From Eledone cirrhosa (taxonomy: Eukaryota), in the NCBI GenBank assembly GCA_964016885.1, contig OZ024742.1, positions 260,896,001 to 260,960,000 on the forward strand: a stretch of DNA of 64,000 nucleotides. The letters are read 5' to 3'. The position numbers and the translations under genes are program-made. A model generated the notes under the pieces. It was not told where the DNA came from. It searched no databases and saw only the letters and a list, made by a program, of their open reading frames with translations. Shown here piece after piece: positions 39,805 through 52,444 of the stretch; positions within the stretch are counted from its first letter, which is position 1; every line of letters begins with the position of its first letter.

Positions 39805-41055
39805 ATGGACGAGAAAACACAGGCTGAAAATGTTGATTTATCTATTGACACTGGAGAAAGTGCAGAAGAAAAACCACACCCTTGTGATATCTGTGGGAAA
39901 TTATTCACAAAACAAAAGAATTTAATTCAACATAAATTAATTCACTCAATTTTCAAGCCATTCCAGTGTGATATTTGTGGTAAAAGTTTCACTACAAATA
40001 GTTTGTTACTTTGCCATAAACCTATCCACACAGGAGAAAAACAATTTCACTGTGATATTTGTGGTGAAACATTCACTAGAAAAAGCTCATTAATTCGCCA
40101 TAAACATACTCACACAGGAGAAAGACCATACCATTGCGATATTTGTGGTAAAACATTTTCTAGGAATGATGATTTGTCTTCCCACAAAAATATCCACACA
40201 GGGGATAAACCATATTCCTGTGATATCTGTGGTAAAAATTTCTCTCAAAGTAGTAATTTATCTTCCCACAAACGTATCCACACAGGAAAGAAACCATACC
40301 AATGTGATATATGTGATGAAACATTTTCAAGAAGTGGTACTTTGTCTCGCCACATACGTCTTCACACAGGAGAAAAGCCATACCACTGTGATATTTGTGG
40401 TAAAAATTTCTCTCAAAAAGGTAATTTATCTACCCACAGACGCATTCACACTGGGGAAAAACCATATCATTGTGATGTCTGTGGTAAAGCATTCTCTGAT
40501 AGTCGTAGCATTTTAAACCATAAACCTATCCATACAGGGGAGAAACCATATCACTGTGATATCTGTAGTAAAATATTTTCTACAAGATGTCTTTTAACTT
40601 GTCACCTACAAAGACACACAAAAGACAAGGTATACTGCTGTGATATTTGTGGTAAAACTTTTACTACAAAGAGTCATTTATCTACCCATATACGTATTCA
40701 CACAGGAGAAAGACCATATCACTGTGATATCTGTGGCGAAAGATTCACTAAAAATAGTTCCTTAACTCGTCACAAACATATTCACACAGGAGAAAGACCA
40801 TACCACTGTGATATCTGTGGTAAAACATTCTCCAGAAATGATGATTTGTCATCCCATAAAAATATTCACACAGGAGAGAAACCATTTCAGTGTGATATCT
40901 GTGGTAAATATTTCTCTCAAAGTAGTAATTTATCTTCCCACAAACGTATCCACACAGGAGAGAAACCATACCAATGTAATATATGTGGTGAAACATTTTG
41001 TAGAAGGTGTCATTTGTCATCCCACCAATATATCCACTCAGGAGAAAGATCATAG
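39805..41055 (+). CDS. C2H2 zinc-finger protein (14 fingers), ZNF paralog 4
   Basis: 416-aa intact ORF with 14 C2H2 repeats and canonical linkers. Confidence 0.95.
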   Translation: MDEKTQAENVDLSIDTGESAEEKPHPCDICGKLFTKQKNLIQHKLIHSIFKPFQCDICGKSFTTNSLLLCHKPIHTGEKQFHCDICGETFTRKSSLIRHKHTHTGERPYHCDICGKTFSRNDDLSSHKNIHTGDKPYSCDICGKNFSQSSNLSSHKRIHTGKKPYQCDICDETFSRSGTLSRHIRLHTGEKPYHCDICGKNFSQKGNLSTHRRIHTGEKPYHCDVCGKAFSDSRSILNHKPIHTGEKPYHCDICSKIFSTRCLLTCHLQRHTKDKVYCCDICGKTFTTKSHLSTHIRIHTGERPYHCDICGERFTKNSSLTRHKHIHTGERPYHCDICGKTFSRNDDLSSHKNIHTGEKPFQCDICGKYFSQSSNLSSHKRIHTGEKPYQCNICGETFCRRCHLSSHQYIHSGERS

Positions 41056-41439
41056 CACTAGTATATCTGCATTAAAACAATCTCTGGAGGATGTTGTTTG
41101 TTTCAAGACAAATTTATTTCTACAGAAGAAAGCCTATACTGTTATATGTTGTAAAACATTTTCTAAACATATCCATATCATACCATGGACTCTGAACTCC
41201 TGATTTAATTATAGGGGTGCCATAGTGATGTATGGCACTTGAACATAACAAAGTCTATCCTTTTCCATGTCTGAACACAGCTGTTTTCTTTCAATGAAAG
41301 AAAAGGCAAGAAAGACAGAGAAGGAGAGAGAAAGGATGGATTGATCCCAACACTGGAACTTAATTTTTAAATGTCAAAAGGATGAGGGCAAAGTTGACCT
41401 CAGTACACAGAAAACTGGAACAAATATCATGAATATGCT

Positions 41440-41880
41440 GCTGAATGAGGATAAATCCTTTTTAGAAAAGAGGATTCACTGAAACTATCATATTCCCTTC
41501 CCTCAGGTGAAACATTCATGGCATCCAACAACATCAGAAACCTGGGAGTAATTGTCGACAACAACATAAGCTGGGCTTCTCATATAAACAGCAAAGTTGA
41601 TGTGGCTCGCAGGATGTGTTCCTGGATTCTTAGAACTTTCCAGTCAAGAGATATCCACACCATTATGGTTTTCTTCTCTACTTTTGCCCTCCTTGAATAG
41701 TATTGTCCACAAAAAGTATTACGAAAATTGAAGCACCTCAAAGGTCAATCACAAAAAAGATAGATGGCATGACAGGCCTTGACAATTGGGATTGACTAGA
41801 AAAACTCTACTCTCTCTAACGCCGCTGTGAGTGCTACATTATCTGCATATGGAAAATATTCCATCAGCATTGCCCAAAAA
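41440..41880 (+). mobile_element. Old CR1-group LINE fragment
   Basis: IRNLGVIVDNNISWASHI..ARRMCSWILRTF motif. Confidence 0.7.
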
Positions 41881-42384
41881 TACATTTGGATTTTTTTTTT
41901 TTTTTGCACAATCAGAACCTCTGAAAATCAAAACAACACCTGAAGGTTATTTTGAAAACCATTAATAAAATGAAATAAAATAAAAAACAAATTTAGCTTT
42001 GGTTTATGAATGAATGAAGCATTTACTTACTCATTTCTGTAATTTAGGAAAGTGTGTTTAGATTTTTATACTATACTTTCATCGACCTTGTAGTAGGATT
42101 GTGTTTGAGGGAGATTTGTTTTCTATTAGGTATACTAGCAGTTATAGTGGCTCCTATGACATTCATACATACACACACATGCATTTGTGTGTAAGACAGT
42201 TAGCTGTGATTTGAAGGGGATTTTGCTAATATTTCTGGTAGATCGAGGTATCACATAGAACCTTTTCTTTTTACTTGATACATATATACATACATGAGAC
42301 AATAGGGTGGGATTTGAAAGAAATTTGGCTACTATTTCTAGCAGGTCTAGCTAGTTACCACACCAAGATCTTGCTTACACTACT

Positions 42385-43200
42385 TTATATAGCAGAGGTA
42401 CCCAGGAGTGCCTGCATATTCTTCCAAAGTAACACTATGCAGTAAAGTTGGGACTTTTCAGGATCTGTGTGTTTTGTCATTGAATGAGGAATTACGATAT
42501 TGCTCATTCCATTCCAAAGCCTCTGAATAAACAACATTCTTGGTTTTGCTCTGTGGTGCTACAATGAACAGACAATCAGGGTTTCCAACTCTGATAGTAC
42601 CAACATAGAGCTGGCCATGTGAAAAGACAGGCTCTGAAAGATTCAACCCATTGACTTTCAATGATTGCCCTTGAGATTTGTTGATGGGCATGACAAAACT
42701 GAGTCTGATAGGAAATTGAAGCCTTTGAAATTCAAATGGCAAATCAATTAGCTTCACAGGTATTCTGGGAATGAAACAATTGTCACCAGCAAATTTCCCT
42801 GACATGGTTGCAACTTTAGGACATTGGGCATCATATTTTTGATGATGAATCTTGCTCTATTGCAAAGTTTTGGAGGATCCAGATTATGAAGTAGCATAAC
42901 CGATGCTCTAAGCTTCAGTATCAGGTTGTGTGGAGGAATTCCTGCTAGTTCATGACTTCAAAAATTCAGTTGGATAGTTTACAACCTGGTCTTGTGAAGT
43001 AATTGAGTCAACTAATTTGTAGCATATTTTCTCTCCCAGTAACATTATTGATTTCTTCCATAGCAACATTTTTCGGTGCTAAGTTAGTTCATTCACAGAG
43101 CCATTTGGGATCACATTGTCTGATATGAATGTTTGGAAACACAGGCAATCGGTTCTTGTTCTGTGTCAATGATATGGCCAAATGACAACTGGATCTTAGC
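42385..43200 (-). mobile_element. Helitron 3' fragment (Pif1 helicase C-terminus)
   Basis: IPRIP..FQRLQFPIRLSF..INKSQGQSL..VFSHGQLYV motif. Confidence 0.85.
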
Positions 43201-43684
43201 AGTGCAAGCACAGATGGTTAATTTTTTCGTTCACTGGTGATCTGGACTTAATGATCTGTGCTTCATATTGGTGAAACATATTTCTGATATAATGGAATAT
43301 GTATGAAGGAAAATGATTATCATCGCCAGGTATATATATATGAAGTTTTCGTTAAATTTTAATATGATACCTCTGTAACTATGTTCTTGCACTTTTTACA
43401 AATTATCCCCTGTCTATGTTTGATATGTCTTTTTATATATATGTCAATCAACTTTTAATTTTTAATAAATGCTCAGATCTATTCATTAGAATCTTTGAGC
43501 TTTGTCTACAAGTGATATTGCGCAAGTCTGATTTTCTCAGACATGACTTCTATAAGATTGGTAGTATTATATATATATATATATATATGAATGTATGTAT
43601 AGTATATTTGATAATATACTGTATTTTTATTTTAAAACATTTTGAAGACCATTCGCTATGAATTTTAAAGTAGTGAATTTTAAA

Positions 43685-43905
43685 CAGTTTACTCAGCTGT
43701 AGAAATGAGATGATAGGGACTGGGGTCTCTATCATTCCACTGCAAAGTGGTCGTGGAGGTGCCACGGCAAAAAAGCACCCAGCACTCACTGTAAATGAGG
43801 TTGGTGTTAGGAAGGGCATCCAGCTGTAGAAATCAAGCCAGAATCAGTTCCCGTCCCACCCTTGCAAGCAGGGAAAAGTGGACGTAAAATGAAATGATGA
43901 TGACT
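43685..43905 (+). mobile_element. 5'-truncated SINE family B copy
   Basis: Matches ~29872-30085. Confidence 0.85.
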
Positions 43906-44106
43906 ACGTCACTTAGTCTCGGCAAAAGCAAAGGGGAGTAATTGATGGTCACCGTTTCTCACGCAGTTGTCAAGACTACATATCCCTTCGTTTCTGTCGA
44001 GAGTTATAGAAGCTGGATTCTTAAAAAATTCCAGTTATGTTTAAGAGCTGTTTAAACAGAGTGGTTGGTCTGCTAGATTCAGGGGGGTGGGTCTGCTAGA
44101 TTCATT

Positions 44107-45426
44107 GTGGGTAAAGAACGATGCTATAAGCTTTTCTGGGTGGGAAATGACAATGGGCTGGGTGGAGTAGGAATCATGGTATCAGAAAAGTGGGCAGATA
44201 AGATAATAGACGTAAATAGAGTGAACGACAGAATAATTAAAATAAGACTTGTCCTCAATAGAACTACTGTGACAATAATATCTGCATATGCACCACAATC
44301 CGGACTGCCTGGCGTTATAAAAAACAGATTCTATGAGACGTTAATGCTCACTACCTCCCAAATAACCGACAGTGACTACATAGTTATCGTTGGCGACCTA
44401 AATGGTCACGTTGGACAACATTGTGATAGCTATGACGGAATCCATGAAGGCTATCAAGTGGCTAGGAGACAAGTGTACTTTGCAAGAAGGGAAGCAGAGG
44501 AAAGAAAGTTCAAGCATGTTCTACAACGCGAGGACCAAAAACGTGAGGTGTTCAGGATTGCTAGGCAATGTGTCAAGGAAAACCGTGATATTGTCGGGGA
44601 GAAGTGTGTCCGTAATGATGATGGTATACTTGCCATCACTGATGCTGATAAGAAGGTAGCTTGGAAGTGTCACTACAAGAGGCTACTAAATGAGGAGAAT
44701 AAATGGGAAAAAGAAAGTCTGCCCCAAATCGATCCAATAGAGGGACCAGCAGTGCAAGTTGAAGGTAGTATAATAAGTAAGGCGATCAAAGACATGAAGG
44801 CGGCTGGGCCTACGGAAATAGTTGCTGAAATGCTGAAAGCATCTGGAATGGTGGGACACACTATGGTCACACTGATAGTAAACCAAGTCATACAGAATGG
44901 GGTCGTTCCGAAGGACTAGCGCAGCAGCATCATCATTAACTGCTACAAGGGTAAAGGAGATGCCCTAGATAGGGGAAACTATAGAGGCATTAAATTAATT
45001 GACCAGGTCATGAAGGTCACAGAAAAAGTAATAGCACAACTAATCAGAGAGCGAATTGATCTAGACGAAATGCAGTTCGGGTTTGTGTCAGGTAAAAGTA
45101 CAACAGACGCTCTTTTCATTGTACGACAACTACAGGAGAAGTCCCTAGTTAAAAGTAAACCCCTATACTTAGCTTTTGTTGACTTGGAGAAAGCCTTTGA
45201 CAGAGTACCCCGCTCGATTATCTGGTGGGCCCTTAGAAAACTAGGTGTTGATGAATGGCTTGTGAGAGCAATACAAGCCATGTATAAAGAAACAGTCAGC
45301 AAGGTTAGAATTAACAACGAATATAGTGAAGAGTTTAGCGTAAAAGTTGGTGTTCATCAGGGCTCCGTCCTTAGCCCCCTACTATTTATTATTGCCCTTC
45401 AGGCTATAACAGAGGAGTTCAAGACT
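44107..45426 (+). mobile_element. Older RTE LINE fragment (AP endonuclease, internal deletion, RT N-terminus), truncated at a TA array
   Basis: GVG, DRII, SAYAPQ, GDLNGHVG; [24 protein letters not shown]; in-frame stop at 44917-44919. Confidence 0.88.
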
Positions 45427-45427
45427 G

Positions 45428-45454
45428 TGTATATATATATATATACACATATAT

Positions 45455-45495
<41 letters not shown>

Positions 45496-45699
45496 TATAT
45501 ATCATCATCATCATCATTTTACGTCCGCTTTTCCCTGCTTGCAAGGGTGGGACGGGTCTTATTCAGCACAGCATCTCTCCACTCGTCACGGTCCTTCGTC
45601 ATCTCCACCGTGAGCTTCAACGATCTGAGGTCTGTTCTCACCACCTCCGCCCATGTTTTTCGTGGTCTACCTCTACCACATATATATATATATATACAC

Positions 45700-45756
<57 letters not shown>

Positions 45757-45825
45757 TATATATATATACACATATATATATATATACACACATATATATA
45801 TATATACACACACATATATATATAT

Positions 45826-45886
<61 letters not shown>

Positions 45887-45897
45887 TATATATATAT

Positions 45898-45942
<45 letters not shown>

Positions 45943-46135
45943 TAACGGAGGAAATGTGGTAAGGAACCAGGTGGACCATAACGCACCAAAGTACTCAGTA
46001 CAGTCCAGAATTAGCTGTCGAAACGGCTTGAGCTCAGCCGTCGAGGTCCTACTCGTTCCTATATATATATATACACATATATATACACATATATTATATA
46101 TATATATACACATATATATATATATATACACACAC

Positions 46136-46206
<71 letters not shown>

Positions 46207-46379
46207 TATATACATATACATATACATACATATATATATACATACATATATATATACATACATATATATATACATACATATATATATAAAGAATGAATAA
46301 TAACAGGTAGACATCATAAAAAAGGTAATTTATTCCGTGTGCTTACAAATGTTTCCATATATATATATATATATATATA
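45428..46379. repeat. (TA)n/(CA)n array with embedded short insertions (RTE 3' end 45500-45678 on -, hammerhead halves)
   Basis: Direct inspection. Confidence 0.95.
45944..46060 (+). ncRNA. 3' half of a hammerhead (GAAAC-stem III-GUC), no CUGANGA
   Basis: GAAAC 46020-46024; ACGGC/GCCGT stem; GTC 46040-46042; inverted homolog at 48308-48420. Confidence 0.6.
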
Positions 46380-48299
46380 GATAGGGAAGGCAACCGGTCC
46401 ATCGGGTATAGCTGCCGAGATGCTGAAGGCATCTGGGTCTGTAGGTCACACTATAACCACACGTATCGTTAACCAGGTAATACTAGAGGGGGCCATACCA
46501 AAAGATTGGTGCAGTAGCATCATTGTCAACTGCTACAAAGGTAAAGGCGATGCACTAGATAGAGGAAACTATAGAGGTATAAAGTTGATGGACCAGGTCA
46601 TGAAAGTAACAGAAAGAGTTATAGCACAGCTGATTAGGGACCGGGTGAATATAGACGAGATGCAATTTGGGTTTGTACCAGGGAAAGGCACCACTGATGC
46701 GCTCTTCCTTGTGAGGCAATTACAGGAAAAGTACCTAGCTAAAAGTAAGCCACTCTACTTGGCATTTGTCGACCTTGAGAAAGCCTTTGACAGAGTTCCA
46801 CGTGCAGTAATCTGGTGGGCTCTTAGAAAACTAGGAGTAGATGAATGGCTTGTGAAAGCGGTACAAGCCATGTATAGGGGAGCAGTCAGCAAAGTTAGGA
46901 TTGGCAATGAGTATAGCGAGGAATTTAGCGTACAGGTTGGGGTCCACCAGGGCTCTGTTCTTAGCCCTCTCCTGTTCATCATAGTCCTGCAGGCAATAAC
47001 GGAGGAGTTTAAGACCGGATGCCCATGGGAACTCCTGTATGCTGATGACCTCGCACTCATAGCTGAATCTATGGTAGAACTAGAGAATAAATTCCAAACC
47101 TGGAAGCAGGGACTAGAGAGAAAGGGCCTCAAAGTCAACATGACAAAGACTAAGGTCCTTATAAGTAGACGAGAAAACAGAACCCAGATCCCCTCAGGGA
47201 AATGGCCTTGCTCAGTATGTAGGAAAGGTGTAGGTAGGAACTCCATTCTTTGCCCCAAATGCAAACAATGGGTACACAAGAGATGTAGCGGGATCTCAGG
47301 AAGCTTAATTAAGAATGTAGGATTCACATGCAGCAGCTGTGCTGAAACAGCAAGCAAACAGCCACAGGAAACAAGTACCACCAATCTCTGGGAGGGCCCT
47401 GTAGAAACAGTAGACAGCTTCTGCTACCTAGGTGACCGAATTAGCAACGGAGGTGGGTGCTCAGAAAGTACAATAACTAGGGTAAGAACGGGATGGAAGA
47501 AGTTTAGGGAACTACTACCACTGCTAGCTGCAAAAGGCTTCTCCCTCAGAATGAAAGGCAGACTGTATGATGCGTGTATCCGAACAGCGATGTTGCATGG
47601 TAGTGAGACCTGGGCGCTGAAGGTGGAAGACTTACGTAGATTAGAGAGAAACGAAGCCTGCATGCTCCGATGGATGTGTAACAGTAATATACGTGAACGA
47701 CAAAGCATAAAGGAATTGAGAGAGAGACTGAGCATAAGAGGAATCAAATGCTGCGTGCAGGAGAGGCGGTTACGCTGGTATGGACATGTGATGCGTATGA
47801 AGGATGACAGCTGCATAAAAAGGTGCAGAGCACTAGAAGTTGATGGAAACCACGGAGTGGGGAGACCCAAGATGACTTGGGATGAGGTGATAAAAGCCGA
47901 CCTTACCCAACTACACCTCTCAAAGTCAATGACACACGACCGTGACTTCTGGCGTCACGCAGTAATACAGGGTACCCGACCTCCCATGGGTACATGCTGA
48001 AGCATATAAACAATATGCCCCCCCCCCCACCGCAAGGTGGTCGTGGAGGTGCCACGGCAAAAAAGCACCCAGCCCACACTGTAAAGTGGACGTGTAGGCG
48101 CCACGAAAAAGCACCCAGCACTCACTGTAAATGAGGTTGGTGTTAGGAAGGGCATCCAGCTGTAGAAATCAAGCCAGATCAGTTCCTGTATGAGCAAGGC
48201 ATGGTCAGCCGACCAGACACTGCCCACAACAGGACAACCCGTCTAACCCATGCTAGCGTGGAAGAACGGACGTAAAACGGTGATGATGATGATGATGAT
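46380..48299 (+). mobile_element. Young 5'-truncated RTE-clade LINE with open RT ORF (46420-48000) and (TGA)n tail
   Basis: Nearly identical to 11445-13316 (7 aa differences counted over the shared 471 aa); inserted in TA repeats. Confidence 0.95.
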
Positions 48300-48434
48300 A
48301 TATATATAGGAACCAGTAAGACCCCGACAGCTGAGCTCAAGCCGTTTCGACGGCTAATTCTGGACTAAATGAAAATTTATCGTTATGGTCCACCTGGTTC
48401 CTTACCACATTTCCTTCGTTATATATATATATAT

Positions 48435-49510
48435 ATCATCATCATCATCGTTTAACGTCTATCTTCCACGCTTGCTGGGTTTGGACTGGAATTTTCCCAC
48501 TTGAGGCAAGTTTGTTGTCTTGCTTGTATAGGACTGTCTGGCGGGTTTTCTATGGCTGCATGCCCTTCCTAACACCAACCACGTTTACAGCGTGAACTGT
48601 GTGTTTTTTTGTTGTGACACCTACACGACCTCATTTGTTTCGGACTGGATGTTTTGGTACCAACAAAACTTTACATTGGAAGGGGTGGTGTGGATGGGGT
48701 GGGGGTAGTGGGACGGGGTGTATTTTTGTTAGAGGTGCCTACTGACTGTAGGTTTCACTTTGTACTTAGGCAAGGCGGGTCTTCTGTATTACTGTGTAGC
48801 GCCAAAGATCTCGGTCCAGTGACATTGTCTTGGAGAGGTGTAAGTGTGTGAGGTCGGAATTTATCAAGTCGTCCCAGGTTTTTCTGGGTCTGCCTATTCC
48901 GTGGCTACCGTCTATTTTTATCGCCCTGCACTTTTTTATACAGCTGTCGTCTTTCATGCGCATCACGTGACCATACCAACGTAGCCTTCTCTCTCGGAAA
49001 CAACATCTGATCCCTCTTATTCCTAATTTCTCCCTTAGTTCGTTTATACTTTGCTGTTCACGTATATTACTGTTACACATCCAGCGGAGCATGCAAGCTT
49101 CGTTCCTCTCTAGTCTGCGTATATCCTCTGCACACAATGCCCAAGCCTCACTGCCATGTAACATTGCTGTTCGTATGCAAGCATCATACAGCCTGCCTTT
49201 CATTTTTAGAGAGAACCCTTAAGTGGCCAATAGTGGTATAAGCTCTCTGAACTTTTTCCATCTCGTTCTGACTCTAGCTACTGTACTTTCAGAGCACACT
49301 CCACCACTGCTGATTTTGTCACCCAGGTAACGGAAGGTGTCCACTATTTCTATAGAACCATCTGTGCAATGGAATGAGCTAGTATTCTGTGGGCACTTGC
49401 TGCTACTTATTGCACCAGAGCACTGGCCACATGTAAAATCTATATTCTTAGTTAGCTTACCTCTGATCCCACTACATCTTTTATGCACCCATACTTTGCA
49501 TTTGGGACAT
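48435..49510 (-). mobile_element. RTE LINE 3' half, related subfamily
   Basis: [41 protein letters not shown]; (TGA)n tail at ~48435-48449. Confidence 0.9.
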
Positions 49511-49546
49511 ATATATATATACAATTCTAATCATTTGGGACATATG

Positions 49547-49629
<83 letters not shown>

Positions 49630-49654
49630 AAATATATATATATATATATATATG

Positions 49655-49697
<43 letters not shown>

Positions 49698-49719
49698 AAA
49701 TATATATATATATATATGT

Positions 49720-49753
<34 letters not shown>

Positions 49754-49765
49754 GTATATATATGT

Positions 49766-49813
<48 letters not shown>

Positions 49814-49832
49814 GTATATATGTATATATATA

Positions 49833-49925
<93 letters not shown>

Positions 49926-49936
49926 GTATATATGTA

Positions 49937-50031
<95 letters not shown>
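49509..50031. repeat. Long (TA)n/(TG) microsatellite array
   Basis: Direct inspection. Confidence 0.98.
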
Positions 50032-50035
50032 TTAG

Positions 50036-50863
50036 TACATTAACAGAGAAAGCTTTAAGCTATACTCTGACTGGCTTCCATCTCACTCAACAAACATTAG
50101 GATATACCTTAGTATAATCCCAATTTTACGTTTGGGGTGCTAACTATATGTATTTTGCGGATAGCCAGTTGTATTATTTTATATGAGACATAATTAAAAT
50201 ACATCTCCCTTTCCAAACAATTGTTTCATTATAAGTTTTCTACAAGTTGGGAAAAATGTGTCCAAGTTATGTAGAAGCCTACACATAGTCCGTAGGAATA
50301 TATGCAGGTGGGCACTTATAAATCATCAGTGGATGCCCGTCAAACATTGATATAAAAAAAATGTTCTTACCAATATCCAATGTTCAGCGATGGTCCCCTT
50401 CCGTATCAGAATGACCGCCAAATATGAAATTCCAGCAGTCTCAGAATGAGAAATTTCACACTGTCATCAAGTCGAAAGGGGAGGTCATCGCGAAACATAA
50501 TAAAATAAAATAATATGCACGCGGGTCAATTAATTTTTTCAATAATTTTAACCTTGCCTGTGAAGAACTAAATTAGATTTAAAAAAAATAAATATATGCA
50601 TGTATTATTTATACACGCATATAGGTATTTTCTTAGGCTAAAAACAGAGATATGATACCAGAATAACAATCAATATTTCATAGAAATAATAAATACGGAA
50701 AGTTACACTTAAAAGGTATCTGGAAATATTCATCTCTGGCCAAATCAAGAGTATAATATTTAATACATTAACAGAGAAAGCTTTAAGCTATACTCTGACT
50801 GGCTTCCATCTCGCTCAACAAACATTAGGATAAACCTTAGTATAATCCCAATTTTACGTTTGG
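50036..50863 (-). mobile_element. Non-coding hammerhead-bearing unit with 100-bp terminal direct repeats (pLTR or retrozyme-like)
   Basis: Repeats 50036-50135 and 50764-50863 (2 mismatches); hammerhead at 50212-50333; no meaningful ORF. Confidence 0.7.
50212..50333 (-). ncRNA. Type I hammerhead ribozyme with long stem II, GUU triplet
   Basis: - strand: tcca CTGATGA t-ttataagt..acttataa-t GAAAC aatt GTT tgga. Confidence 0.75.
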
Positions 50864-50870
50864 ATATCTT

Positions 50871-51180
50871 CATTTCATATTTTACGTCCACTTTTTCCCT
50901 GCTTGCAAGGGTGGGACGGGAACTGATGCTGGCTTGATTTCTACAGCTGGATGCCCTTCCTAACACCAACCTTTTTTGCCGTGGCACCTCCACGACCACT
51001 TTGCAATGGAATGATAGGGACCCCCAGTCCTTATCATCTCATTTCTACAGCTGAGTAAACTGGAGCAATGTGAAATAAAGTGCCTTGCTCAAGGAAACAA
51101 CACATCATCCGGTCTGAGAATTGAACTCACAACCTTTCGATTGCAAGGCCAATGCTCTAATCACTAAGCCATGTGCCTCC

Positions 51181-51182
<2 letters not shown>
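50871..51182 (-). mobile_element. SINE family B (CORE-type) copy
   Basis: Reverse complement of 29752-30085 with a short deletion in the tail. Confidence 0.85.
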
Positions 51183-51211
<29 letters not shown>

Positions 51212-51294
51212 CATACATACATACAAACATACATACATACATACATACATATATACATATATATATATATACATATATAAATATATATATATAC

Positions 51295-51326
<32 letters not shown>

Positions 51327-51738
51327 CACTATAAATGGTAACTTAGTGTAATTCGCAGATTACTACTATGAACCCAAAGTTCACCCACCCCATAGCTTTC
51401 GTCTGTCCCCTCTCTATCTCTCCCTCTATATCCATTCCACTCTCTCTCTCTCTCTCGCCCTTGGCCTACCTCCCTCCCTCTCCACATCTATGAACCTGCC
51501 CTCTGGGGCAATAAATAATTCCAACCTTGACTATCAACGCATCGCTTAAGGTGGTCACTTTAAGAGTAACCAGTATAATAAAACCCCTACCATAACATTT
51601 TGATTAAGATATCTACAAACCACTCTCTCCTATTTCTCCAACCCCTGCATATCTTTCTCTCTCTCTTCTTCCTTTTCTACTCTATCTTCCCCAATAACCT
51701 CACTTAAGGGTATTGTACATTGTACATTTTAACCATTC

Positions 51739-51850
51739 TGTTCTGATGATACAGTGGTCACAGCATTTGATTATTGAGTTTTGCAAATAGTTGTAAATTT
51801 GCACATAGCATAACTAGGCTGTACAACCACCATGGAAACATTTGTAAGCA
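51739..51850 (+). ncRNA. Type I hammerhead motif with long imperfect stem II, GUA triplet
   Basis: tgtt CTGATGA(51743-51749)..gtggt/accac..GAAAC(51835-51839) attt GTA agca; AATAAA 51856-51861. Confidence 0.65.
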
Positions 51851-51897
51851 CACGGAATAAATTACCTTTTTATGATGTCTACCTGTTATTATTCATT

Positions 51898-51951
<54 letters not shown>

Positions 51952-52011
51952 CCTCCAATTCAACCTGGAATAACATATATATATATATGCGTGTGTGTGT
52001 GTGGATGTGTC

Positions 52012-52355
52012 TGTCGACACCTGGAATATAGCTTAAGAGAAATTTGAAGATAATGATATGATAGACACCCAATATTTTGAACTGGTTTATAGAATTCTCC
52101 TGGCCTTTGTCACTCCAAGTAGAACTTTAAAGAATTAGCTTTTAAAGAATTTCCCTTTTCTTTAAATCCATCAACCATGACCGACCCCCAAAGATCTTAT
52201 AGACACCTGAAATATAGGCATTGTTAGCTTAAGAGAAACTTAAAAATAAGGAGTGGCACCCCATTCTGAACTTGTTGATAGAATTCTTTCTGTCTTTGTC
52301 ACTCTAAATATAAATTATAGCTTTAAAGAATTAGCTTTTAATGAATTCCCTTTCT
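52012..52355 (+). repeat. Two diverged ~190-bp tandem units upstream of the 52445 hammerhead
   Basis: gacacctg.aatatag..cttaagagaaa..atagaattct..ctttgtcactc..ctttaaagaattagctttta occurs at ~52015 and ~52202. Confidence 0.7.
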
Positions 52356-52444
52356 ATCAACCAATGACCTCCACCCATCCCAGTCCCCACCCTCTCCTAC
52401 CACCTGAAAAGAGCTATAAATACAACATTTATTTTTGGAAAGCC

